NCBI GenBank assembly: GCA_020353515.1
Contig: CP070695.1
Location: 4,128,221 to 4,189,812 of the forward strand
DNA: 61,592 nt
Direction: 5' to 3'
From: Candidatus Heimdallarchaeota archaeon
Lineage (GTDB): Archaea; Asgardarchaeota; Heimdallarchaeia; Hodarchaeales; Hodarchaeaceae
Part shown: positions 45,803 through 54,919 of the stretch, one piece after another
Layout: the number at the start of each line of letters is the position of its first letter
Numbering within the stretch: the stretch's first letter is position 1
Translations under genes and position numbers: made by a program
Notes under the pieces: model-generated
Database searches by the model: none
What the model was told of the DNA's origin: nothing
What the model saw: only the letters and a program-made list of their open reading frames with translations

Positions 45803-47608
45803 TCATTTTTTCAATAGGTCTGCCAATCCACTTGATTCTAACCATTCCCGATCAGTACTCTTCATTCGTGAAAAAGCAGGTGTTTCTTTCTTCATTGTTT
45901 TAGACGACTTTTGTGATGTTAAGGCGTCAATCAATTGGAAAATCATTACTTTCGTATTCGAGATTGACAATTCGTGGATTCTGTTTGAAAACCATGGTTC
46001 TAAACTCTTTGTCCTCTTTTTTGATAACCAACGGAAGTTCCCATCAAAACAGATTGATATTCCCCAGTCTGAGTCATTTCGCTGAATTCTACCGTGAGCT
46101 TGTTGTATTGAGATTAAAACGTCATTTTCAAGGAATTGAGGATATTTTTTTGCTTTTTTCTGAATAATTGGATCTTTTAGCATAGGAAACGGCAATTTCG
46201 GAATTAAACATAACCGTGCTAAGTCATCGTCTAAAGAAATCCCTTCCCAAGCTGAAGGAGTAATGAGGACATCTCCTTTACGATTTACAATAAAGCTCTT
46301 AATAGCTGCATCAGATTTCCCAGCTGTGTGGGTAATAACTTGAAGTTTATTTTCCTTAGCAAGTTGTCCCATCAAATTTGCTAATTCAAAGCTGGATGTT
46401 AGGATCAATCCACGTAAACGACGTTGTTTTAATAACTCGAGAAATTGTTGTGATTGATCTTCGATGACTCCAAATGAGTATTGCTTTTTCTCACGGGTCG
46501 CGGTAGAAATTCTCTCTGCTTCCTTCAATAAGACAAAAGGATGATTTTTTTTATCAAATGATGAGGTTTCATGAATGTAATGACAATATTGAGGATTCAG
46601 GCCTAGTAATTGAGCTAAATATTCACCATCACCGATTGTTGCAGATAAAAATAGGTTCTTGCTTCCCCGAAACAGCTTAGAGAAAATAAAAGCTAAGTCA
46701 AATGGTTGAACTATAAGCTGAACCTGTTTTGTAAATCTATCACGCTGGAAGAAGAAAGTTAAATCTGAAGATTCAGGATTTTTGATTAATTCAGAAAGAG
46801 CTGAAATCATTTCAGTTATCTTTCTTAGCTCTCTCAAAGTCTCTAAATTTATGTTTTTAGGGTTTTCATTTAAAACAGATGCAATGTCTTTCTCGCGTTC
46901 TGTTAAGATACCCTGAAGTTTTCTGAGGAAGTTCAAACCTTCTTTCATAACTATTTCGATGAATTGTTTGTTTTCCAATTGATTTTCCCAAATAATAAAT
47001 TCTTCGAGAATATTTTGATTCTTTATAAGATTCTGTAAGAAATTGGGGTGGATTTCAACACGTAACAGGCTTTCTAAATTTAATAAATTGTGAGCTTCAT
47101 CAAAAATTCGAAATATCGCTTTATCTTCACCTAAATCTACATATTTGAATACCCACCAATTTAAAATCCGAACTTGGCTTCTTCGAATTCTCCTCCGGGC
47201 TTTCAATAGAGGACATCTCTGTTTCGAACGGCAGGTCTGAGCATAATTTGGATCAAATGCACACGGGGAGATATTTGCACCTGATCTGATAATAGGGCAG
47301 TAATAAGAGGATCTTCCCTTAAGTAACGCTACAGAAAAGCCATGTTTTCGAGCATATTTCCTTAAAATTTGATACCAAAAATCTTGATGCATACGATATG
47401 GGACCAAGATATCTATCTTATCCATTGAGTTAGTATGAAGATAATCAGTCAATATACAAGCCGCAAGATCAGTTTTACCAGATCCTGTGGGGAGTGAGCA
47501 GAAAAATGAATTATATTGAGACCATTTTTGTTGAATAGAATCAAAGGTACGTTGTTGTTGAGGACGAACTGTGGGGTGGATAATTAAATTTGAAATAGAA
47601 GTATTCAA
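45803..47608 (-). CDS. XPD/DinG/Rad3-family SF2 helicase with FeS cluster
   Basis: RPQQ Q-motif, PTGSGKT, four Cys, DEAH, SAT, WEGIS, QAHGRIQR. Confidence 0.88.
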   Translation of the reverse strand: MNTSISNLIIHPTVRPQQQRTFDSIQQKWSQYNSFFCSLPTGSGKTDLAACILTDYLHTNSMDKIDILVPYRMHQDFWYQILRKYARKHGFSVALLKGRSSYYCPIIRSGANISPCAFDPNYAQTCRSKQRCPLLKARRRIRRSQVRILNWWVFKYVDLGEDKAIFRIFDEAHNLLNLESLLRVEIHPNFLQNLIKNQNILEEFIIWENQLENKQFIEIVMKEGLNFLRKLQGILTEREKDIASVLNENPKNINLETLRELRKITEMISALSELIKNPESSDLTFFFQRDRFTKQVQLIVQPFDLAFIFSKLFRGSKNLFLSATIGDGEYLAQLLGLNPQYCHYIHETSSFDKKNHPFVLLKEAERISTATREKKQYSFGVIEDQSQQFLELLKQRRLRGLILTSSFELANLMGQLAKENKLQVITHTAGKSDAAIKSFIVNRKGDVLITPSAWEGISLDDDLARLCLIPKLPFPMLKDPIIQKKAKKYPQFLENDVLISIQQAHGRIQRNDSDWGISICFDGNFRWLSKKRTKSLEPWFSNRIHELSISNTKVMIFQLIDALTSQKSSKTMKKETPAFSRMKSTDREWLESSGLADLLKK

Positions 47609-47711
47609 AAGTTTTCCTCTGATTAGAGATCATTAGAAGATTTATTTTACATCAATATTCTGTTTTTAAAAATAGAAGGAATGAGAAAAAAATCCTTGTG
47701 CTTCTGGCATT

Positions 47712-47909
47712 CTAGTATTTGTAACGTGTTGCTTTTTTTAATTTTTTTGCGGTTTTTTTGTTCATTCCTTTTGGGACTCGAGTAGAAGGAAAAAGTACTC
47801 CATTACCTTTCTGGACTCCAGGATCTTTTGGCCGTTGGCTTTTAGGCCTAAGTCGGGATGCTCTCTTTCTTTTTTTTCCACGTAGTGAAAGTTTGTCTTT
47901 TGGGGACAT
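47712..47909 (-). CDS. Small, highly basic protein (candidate nucleic-acid/ribosome binder)
   Basis: 65 aa, very K/R-rich, ATG start, fills the gap between co-oriented genes. Confidence 0.6.
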   Translation of the reverse strand: MSPKDKLSLRGKKRKRASRLRPKSQRPKDPGVQKGNGVLFPSTRVPKGMNKKTAKKLKKATRYKY

Positions 47910-47957
47910 TACGAATTAATTCCCATGTTACAATACTATTTCTTCAAATGTTTATCG

Positions 47958-48647
47958 TTATTTTTTACGGAATCGGCTAAATAAACGATTTAGGAAAGAT
48001 TGTTTTTGTTCTAATTTCTCAATTTTAGTTCTTACATCAGGATCTCTATGGTGAATAGCCTTAAGGTGTATCAGTGCTTTCCTATTCTCTCCATGTTCAA
48101 TGTAGTAATCTGCTATGAGTTTATTTGTTTCAAGATCATTTGGATTAAGTTGCTGACTCTTTTTTAGTTTCTCAAGTGCTTTTTCGGATTCACCTTGGTG
48201 TATTAAGATTTCTGCTTGACGACACAGTGCTTGAGAAAAATCAGGTTTCAATTTTATTGCCTGATCATATTTTTTGTAAGCAACATCCAACTGTTCTTGT
48301 AATTGTAGAATTCTGGCTGAATTGAAATGAGCCCATTCATTTTCATCTATAACGCTACTCAGATCGTAATACTCTAATGCTTGAGAAATGTTTCCCTCAC
48401 AATAATAATAATTCCCTAACCGAATAAATAAACGTTGATCAAATCCTTCCTCAAGATTACTGGGATTTTTGCGTATTTCCTCAAGGCCAAATTCAAACTT
48501 TTCAATCAGGAGGGATAATTGATCTTGTTCTTGTGGTGATAATTCGTTTAATGACATATTGGCCTGAATTTCCTGAGTAATACCAATTCTATCAAAGATC
48601 AATGAAAGACTGTTCTGTAGATGATAAAGTTCTTGGATTACTGTCAC
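47958..48647 (-). CDS. Tetratricopeptide repeat protein
   Basis: LGNYYY..G...A..YY; A...YDQAIKLKPDF; A...LKKSQQLNPND. Confidence 0.85.
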   Translation of the reverse strand: MTVIQELYHLQNSLSLIFDRIGITQEIQANMSLNELSPQEQDQLSLLIEKFEFGLEEIRKNPSNLEEGFDQRLFIRLGNYYYCEGNISQALEYYDLSSVIDENEWAHFNSARILQLQEQLDVAYKKYDQAIKLKPDFSQALCRQAEILIHQGESEKALEKLKKSQQLNPNDLETNKLIADYYIEHGENRKALIHLKAIHHRDPDVRTKIEKLEQKQSFLNRLFSRFRKK

Positions 48648-48963
48648 GGTATTTTCACTCTTTACAAAAACAGGTTTTTCATTGGAATAATAGTCATCAT
48701 TGTGAGTACTTTGATTTCGGGTTTTAGTTCAATCGGAATTCTGATTCCTACGGAGGGACTAAGTGGATGGATAAAAAAGTTTTTCCTTTTTGTTGCTTAA
48801 CTACTTTTTATTTAGACTATTCTTGGAAGAATAATCGATCTTTTGTACTAAAAAACTTCTTTTTCACTGGAACCTGATTTATTCTGATAATATTCATAAC
48901 CAAAAAAGTAATCGGCCTTATCAGTCTATTGAGGATGTTTTTTTTTATTTTTAATAAAAAAGG

Positions 48964-49029
48964 TAGTCTGTGATAATGATAGTTGAATAATTATAATAGT
49001 CTGTGATAATGATAGTTGAATAATTATAA
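48964..49029. repeat. Perfect 33-bp tandem duplication
   Basis: TAGTCTGTGATAATGATAGTTGAATAATTATAA at 48964-48996 and 48997-49029. Confidence 0.95.
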
Positions 49030-49144
49030 TAAACAAACAAATTTAATAGTAGATTTATTTCTTATCATCATAACAAAATCACCATGTAGAATAAAGATAT
49101 TTCATTATCGGAGTAAAAATACCAAGTGAAAAGGATTGAGATCC

Positions 49145-49399
49145 ATGGTTGATGCTGTTGTATTATTATGTGTTTATCCAGGCAAGGAACATCCTGTAAA
49201 AGAAGAAATATCAAAAATCGCTCAAGTAAAATCCTGTCGGATTACCTTTGGTGAGTATGACTTAGTTGCTGAGGTTCAAACTGAGAAAGTTAAGGCACTA
49301 GGAACTCTTATGACAAAAAAAATTCGTGCAATTGAAGGAATTACGAAATCAGTAACCCTCATAATCAGTGAGTCATTGGAGAACAATAATCCTTTTTAA
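49145..49399 (+). CDS. Stand-alone Lrp/AsnC ligand-binding (RAM) domain
   Basis: ITFGEYDLVAEV...IRAIEGITKSVTLI; no HTH. Confidence 0.88.
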   Translation: MVDAVVLLCVYPGKEHPVKEEISKIAQVKSCRITFGEYDLVAEVQTEKVKALGTLMTKKIRAIEGITKSVTLIISESLENNNPF

Positions 49400-49439
49400 T
49401 TGTAGCTCTCATTTGGGGATGTTGAAGAATCAACTCAAG

Positions 49440-50504
49440 CTAAAACCAATGTATTTTCTTATGAGGGACTATTAGGGAGAGAGATTCTCCTATGGTTGGA
49501 AGAGAAATATTGTCTGCAAATATTTGAACAATAAGCTGATTGTTGTCATGAAGTTGGAAAATGAGCTTATGTTTAGTACGGCCCCAAATAATCCCCACTA
49601 ATTCTCCATCAATCCGAAAACTGTCGTTGGGATTTTCATGGGTTTTTTGAATAATAATTTCGGTTTCAGGAATCCAAAATCCCGATAATAGTGTCTCACG
49701 CGTAAAATCTGGACGAGGAAACGAACCGAGCGATGTTAATAGAACCTCTTCTCCTTTTTCATCCTCAATTATTTTTATGATTGGGAAGATGTTTGATTTC
49801 CCCATGATTTGTAAAACTTTCACAGAAGTAGGAGAGGTAAAAACTTCTTTTGATGAGACAGTTTGAAGTGTTTTTCCAGAATCCATTAAAACTAAGCGAT
49901 CGCAAATCGAAATAGCTTCCTCAGGATTATGAGTAACAAAAATGGCTGTAGTTGTGGTTGCTTTCAAAACTTTTCTTACTTCCCAGCGTAAGTGGAAAGA
50001 TAATGTAGTATCTAATGAGGTCAATGGTTCATCCATCAGTAAAAGGGTGGGCTCTGGAGCAAGAGCCCGTGCAAGCGCAACTCTTTGTTGTTGTCCTCCA
50101 CTAATCTCATGAGGTAATTTTGATTCTAATTCTTGTAACTTTAGTAATTTTATAAGAGATTTAGTTTTTAACATAATATTCTTATTTTTCCACTTTTTTG
50201 CCTTTAATCCGAAAGCAATATTTTCAAAAACGGGTAAATGAGGAAATAACGCTAAATTTTGAGGAATATATCCAAAATTTCGCAATTCTGGTGGAATATT
50301 AACAATGGATTCGCCTTCAAGACGAATGTCTCCAATGGTGGGAGTCAATAATCCAAGTATTACCTTTAGAATAGTTGTTTTTCCACAACCTGATGGTCCA
50401 AGAATTCCTAATATTTCTCCTTTTGAAACCGAAAAACTAACTGAATCAACAGCAACTACCTCTTCAAAATTTTTAGTTAGTTTCTCAATTTCAAGGAAAA
50501 CCAT
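49440..50504 (-). CDS. thiQ: Thiamine ABC ATPase (ThiQ/FbpC-like)
   Basis: GPSGCGKT, ALFPHL, ISGGQQQRV, DEP; in the thiBP operon. Confidence 0.8.
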   Translation of the reverse strand: MVFLEIEKLTKNFEEVVAVDSVSFSVSKGEILGILGPSGCGKTTILKVILGLLTPTIGDIRLEGESIVNIPPELRNFGYIPQNLALFPHLPVFENIAFGLKAKKWKNKNIMLKTKSLIKLLKLQELESKLPHEISGGQQQRVALARALAPEPTLLLMDEPLTSLDTTLSFHLRWEVRKVLKATTTTAIFVTHNPEEAISICDRLVLMDSGKTLQTVSSKEVFTSPTSVKVLQIMGKSNIFPIIKIIEDEKGEEVLLTSLGSFPRPDFTRETLLSGFWIPETEIIIQKTHENPNDSFRIDGELVGIIWGRTKHKLIFQLHDNNQLIVQIFADNISLPTIGESLSLIVPHKKIHWF

Positions 50505-50525
50505 TTTTCTTTTCAATCTCCTTTG

Positions 50526-52463
50526 CTAGAAGTGAAATTCGTCTTCACCAAGTTTTTGAACTAGGAGGAAGGCAAAAACACATACTAAGATTAAAATTGA
50601 AGCCATAATAGAGGAATTTTGTAATTGTCTCAAATTTAAGAATTTATAGATTCCGATCGTCATCGTTGTAAATTCTGACCGAGCAATAAAATAAGTTGCT
50701 CCAAATTCACCAAAACTAATAGCTAAAGCAAAAGTTGCCCCAGCTAAAATGCCAGAAGAGATTATCGGAAATTCAATATCTCGAAAAATATGCCACCGAG
50801 AGGCTCCCAAAGTTTTCCCCATTTCGATAAGGCCATAATCAATCTTGTTATAAGCTGTACTAACACTCCGAGATACAAATGGATAAGCAGCAATAAGATG
50901 AGCAAGGATGATAGGTATCCATGCGTCTTGGGAGGAAATACGGATAAATCCAAACGCACGAAGCATTCCAAGGCCAATGGTAATGGAGGAAGTTACTAAT
51001 GGAAGAACAAGAGACCAAGAGAGGATCAAGCCCATAACTGGATGTCGCCCTAAAAAATCCGATCTTCTAATCATATAGATAGATAAAATTCCAAAAAAAG
51101 CAGATAGTATTAATGTAACAAGAGCAAAGACTAAAGAATTGAAAATTAAATTGATTGCTGTAGTACTTGCTCCTAACGCTGGAATCGACTCGGGAGCCCA
51201 AATCAACCCTTTCTCATTAACTTTTAAACCAAGAAGGTTGAAGAACGCCTCAATGTTCCAACTGTTAGTCATACGATCATAAAAGGCAGAAATAAAGATT
51301 ATCAAGATTGGGGAGAGAAGAAAAATTGTTAAAGAAGTGATATAGATGATTACCATACTAAAACGGATTTTATCTAGTATAAAAAGATCTATCAATCTTC
51401 TCTTTGACCTTTCTCTAATTTCTCCAATGGTTAAAGGAGTGGTACGACCAAACTTCCAAAATCCCGCTCCAATGAGTCCTAATAATAATATCAGCAAAAT
51501 TTCGACTCGGAAATAAAGTAAAAGCAGAACAATACCTCCAATAACCAAAAATTGGATGAATCGTTTCAAAATTAGAGGTAAGAATGCAGGGAATCTTTCA
51601 CGCTTGAATACAGGTTCAGAGAAATAAAGATATAATATGATAAGAACCGATGTAATGAGTAATTGAAACAACGCTAAGGCTGCAGCTTGGTGATAATCAT
51701 ATCGATAGTGAAATAACGAGTAGATCTGTACTTCTAAGGTTTTATATTGAATTCCTCCCAGTGACAAGACAACTGCAAAAGAAGTAAAACAGTAAAGAAA
51801 AGTAAGAATACCACTAGCTAAAATAGCAGAGCTAATCTGCGGGAATGTTACATAACGAAATAAATGAAAATTTCGGCTCCCAAGAGTAGTCGCTACTTCT
51901 TCCATGTCTACGTTTGCTTTTTTCCAAGCACTAGATACTAGATGTAAAACGATAGGGACATTGTAAAACGCATGGACTAAGATAATTCCTTCGAATGTTT
52001 TATATAGCTGGATGGGAGGATTCTTTAATTGAAAAACGCTCATTAAAACAGAGTTGAGGATTCCATTAGGCCCCAAAAGCAATACAAAACCTAAAACTAC
52101 CACTATTGGAGGTAACACAAACGGGACTGTCAAAATCGTCTTAAGAACACGATCTCCAGGAAATTGATACTTAGCAAAAATATAGGCGCCAGGTAAACCA
52201 ATGATTACCGTTATGATTGAACTGATAATTGCTTGATTTATAGTAAATCGGATAAAGTATAGATTTAAAGGATTGATAAGCGCTTCTTGTATGAATTCAA
52301 ATGTAATATAACCAGAGTCTGATAGAACTGCATCAATTAGAACAAAAAAAAGGGGAATGAAGAAGAAGAATAGGGAAACTAGTAGGGGAGTTAATAAGAT
52401 TAAATTGAATGAATCGTTAATGATTCGGTCTTTTGATAATCGTCTCTCGAATGTGTGCACCAC
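50526..52463 (-). CDS. thiP: Thiamine ABC permease ThiP (duplicated BPD_transp_1)
   Basis: PFVLPPIVV, HAFYNVP, EEVATTLG, SFGEFGAT. Confidence 0.85.
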   Translation of the reverse strand: MVHTFERRLSKDRIINDSFNLILLTPLLVSLFFFFIPLFFVLIDAVLSDSGYITFEFIQEALINPLNLYFIRFTINQAIISSIITVIIGLPGAYIFAKYQFPGDRVLKTILTVPFVLPPIVVVLGFVLLLGPNGILNSVLMSVFQLKNPPIQLYKTFEGIILVHAFYNVPIVLHLVSSAWKKANVDMEEVATTLGSRNFHLFRYVTFPQISSAILASGILTFLYCFTSFAVVLSLGGIQYKTLEVQIYSLFHYRYDYHQAAALALFQLLITSVLIILYLYFSEPVFKRERFPAFLPLILKRFIQFLVIGGIVLLLLYFRVEILLILLLGLIGAGFWKFGRTTPLTIGEIRERSKRRLIDLFILDKIRFSMVIIYITSLTIFLLSPILIIFISAFYDRMTNSWNIEAFFNLLGLKVNEKGLIWAPESIPALGASTTAINLIFNSLVFALVTLILSAFFGILSIYMIRRSDFLGRHPVMGLILSWSLVLPLVTSSITIGLGMLRAFGFIRISSQDAWIPIILAHLIAAYPFVSRSVSTAYNKIDYGLIEMGKTLGASRWHIFRDIEFPIISSGILAGATFALAISFGEFGATYFIARSEFTTMTIGIYKFLNLRQLQNSSIMASILILVCVFAFLLVQKLGEDEFHF

Positions 52464-52500
52464 ATAAGATCCCTTAGATATATTGGATTAGAAAGTCAAT

Positions 52501-53757
52501 CTATCTTCTTCTGCTTTTTTTTCGAATGACAACAATCATTATTGGGATTAGAAAGAATAAACTTGGAGGTAATGGCGTTGCAGTAGAAGTGTAACCCAAA
52601 ATTATGACTTGTTCCCAAGTTTCTAGCCATATATCAATGGATTCTTTCAATTCATTAGTAGTAAATAAATCATTCAATGGTTTAACAGTTGTAGGATCAA
52701 TAGCATAATCATAACTATCTGGAAGTTCAGCAAGTACATTAGCAGGGTACATCCAATTGTTTTCAGGAATTATCTCTTGGACAGTTTTTCCTGTGAACCA
52801 ATCGATAAACTTTTGCGCAAGTGAAAGATTTTTGGTGCCTTTAAGAATTCCTAATCCCTCAATTTGTAACCATCCGTACTCTGAATTATTTTCATGAGAT
52901 ACAGTCGCTCCTATTGAAGGTGTTCCACCTGGTTCACCATAGAAAAGATAGTCATATGCTGGGTCTGTTCCGTACGACACCACCATAGGACGATTTGCTG
53001 CAGGAGTATAAAAAACATCAAAGGCATCACCCCAGCTGTCTTCAACTTGAATATCGTTTCTCGTATCGTTCCACCAGAGCTCCCAGTCCTTATTAAGTAC
53101 CTTTTCATATATTCCAATAGTCCACATCAAAAAACCAAGTCCAGTACTGCTTAAAGTTGGATCCTCGGTGACAAGCAATTGAGTTACTTCAGGGGAAAGC
53201 AAGTCTTCAAGTTTAAGATTGTCAATAGTCGGTACATTTGTTGAATTCACTAGATGCTTGTGGTAAATTATTGCGATAAGGCCATAGTCGTAGGGAGTGA
53301 CATAATGTTCTGGATCCAGTCCATTAACCGCACTTTCTAAGAGATTAGACATTGTAGAGGCTTCATAAGGAATAAGAATATCTTGAGCTTTTGCCTCGTA
53401 AATCAGCACATTATCGATACCTATGATAATATCAGCTTTTGGTGAGTTTTTTTCTGCTACTGCTTTAGCCAAGACTGAATTGGCATCATCAAAATATTCT
53501 AATTCAATTATGCAATCTTCTTGAGCTTCAAAGGCATCGAAAACACGAGCGTTAGCATCAGTAGGGTTTAATCCCCAATTTATCAGAGAATCATATGTGT
53601 AAATAGTCAAAGTTGGAGTTTGATTGGTTGTATTAGGATGATTACTACTTGATGAAACTTGAACTATGACAAGGGAGGCTGAAAAAATAAGAATTGCCAT
53701 TACTAAGGCCCTTTTCAAGTATATTCCATAACTTGGTTTTTTTACTTCTTTTATCAT
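52501..53757 (-). CDS. thiB: Thiamine-binding protein ThiB with C-terminal anchor
   Basis: LTIYTYDS, ADIIIGIDN, PYDYG, PTLSSTGLGF, WGDA, VVSYGTDP, QIEG, NWMYP. Confidence 0.9.
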   Translation of the reverse strand: MIKEVKKPSYGIYLKRALVMAILIFSASLVIVQVSSSSNHPNTTNQTPTLTIYTYDSLINWGLNPTDANARVFDAFEAQEDCIIELEYFDDANSVLAKAVAEKNSPKADIIIGIDNVLIYEAKAQDILIPYEASTMSNLLESAVNGLDPEHYVTPYDYGLIAIIYHKHLVNSTNVPTIDNLKLEDLLSPEVTQLLVTEDPTLSSTGLGFLMWTIGIYEKVLNKDWELWWNDTRNDIQVEDSWGDAFDVFYTPAANRPMVVSYGTDPAYDYLFYGEPGGTPSIGATVSHENNSEYGWLQIEGLGILKGTKNLSLAQKFIDWFTGKTVQEIIPENNWMYPANVLAELPDSYDYAIDPTTVKPLNDLFTTNELKESIDIWLETWEQVIILGYTSTATPLPPSLFFLIPIMIVVIRKKSRRR

Positions 53758-53844
53758 GCTTAAACAACCTCAATGTATATATGTAGAAACTAAATTAGCC
53801 TTCTTTCAACAATATAAATAGTATAGCCTGATAATATAGGGCAG

Positions 53845-54801
53845 TTATAATGACTCAATAAGCTGCAATGCACGAAATCTATCTTGGGCTAAAGCAATGT
53901 ACTCATTAAAAGAAGTATTTTCCTCTGAAACGAGGTGGGGTGCTGTTTGAAACCTTGCTGCTTGAATTATATACCAAAGTCCTGACATTAAATTCATTAA
54001 GTCACAGGTTAGCTCTAAAACTCTTGGTATGATCTGAAACCCTAGTTTTTCCTCAAATTTCTTTGTGAAAATTCTTTGTATTTCTTGTGAGAGCTGGTTT
54101 TGAGTGATAAAATATGCTAAATCAATGCATGGATCAGCCAGGGTTGAATATTCCCAGTCGATGAAGACTATTTTGGAACTCTCTGGCGTGACGATAATAT
54201 TGGAAAAAACTAAGTCTCCATGAATTCGAACAAGAGGATTAACAGAATTAATCTTCTGAAGTTGGGTTATATGGTCATTAAAAAACCGATCAATCCTTTC
54301 ATAAGGAGGAAAAAGTGAAAACTTCCTGTCAGTCGGGGGTGAGGTGGGGTAGTGGCGTCTTATTCCTTTATATTCAAGAAGATATCTTTTAATCACATCA
54401 TAGTAATGGAAATCCCCAGAAGTGGATTCAGTTATGCTCTGAATAGACATAATTGCATTGATTAAGGATTCCATGTTAGTCTGGAGATAATCATGAGTGA
54501 GGGTATTTCCCTCAACCCATTCACGAGTAATGTAAAATTTTATACCATCATCGTAATATTTCAACAGTTGTGGAGCATGATGGTCATTTTTGAGTAGCAA
54601 AAGGCTATCTTTTTCCCGTAAAAAGCGCAAGTAGACTGGATCATTAGCCTCGTCTTTGATAAGATATTCCTTGACTAACCATGACTCGTTGATGATGATA
54701 TTCCTGTTGTTCAGCCCACCTGTTATTAAACGTGCTGAAGTAATCTTTTTTGGCAAAAGAATAGGAGGAACCTGTTCTAAAAGCTCTGCGTTGTGATTCA
54801 T
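53845..54801 (-). CDS. Choline/APH-family kinase, candidate thiamine kinase
   Basis: GGLNN, HGDLVFSNI, IDWEY; immediately upstream of thiBPQ. Confidence 0.7.
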   Translation of the reverse strand: MNHNAELLEQVPPILLPKKITSARLITGGLNNRNIIINESWLVKEYLIKDEANDPVYLRFLREKDSLLLLKNDHHAPQLLKYYDDGIKFYITREWVEGNTLTHDYLQTNMESLINAIMSIQSITESTSGDFHYYDVIKRYLLEYKGIRRHYPTSPPTDRKFSLFPPYERIDRFFNDHITQLQKINSVNPLVRIHGDLVFSNIIVTPESSKIVFIDWEYSTLADPCIDLAYFITQNQLSQEIQRIFTKKFEEKLGFQIIPRVLELTCDLMNLMSGLWYIIQAARFQTAPHLVSEENTSFNEYIALAQDRFRALQLIESL

Positions 54802-54919
54802 CTGACGAGATACCCTATTCGATCAGCTGATAATTAGATCTTAAGCTATATCAACTTTCAGCTATTTCCTAAATTGTTAAGCTATGAATTAAGATGGCAA
54901 AGGCTTATGACAAATTTAG

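Noticed and set aside
48964-49029. 33-bp repeat as a CRISPR array
   Set aside because: Two abutting copies with no spacer and no cas genes; I saw no CRISPR array in the window
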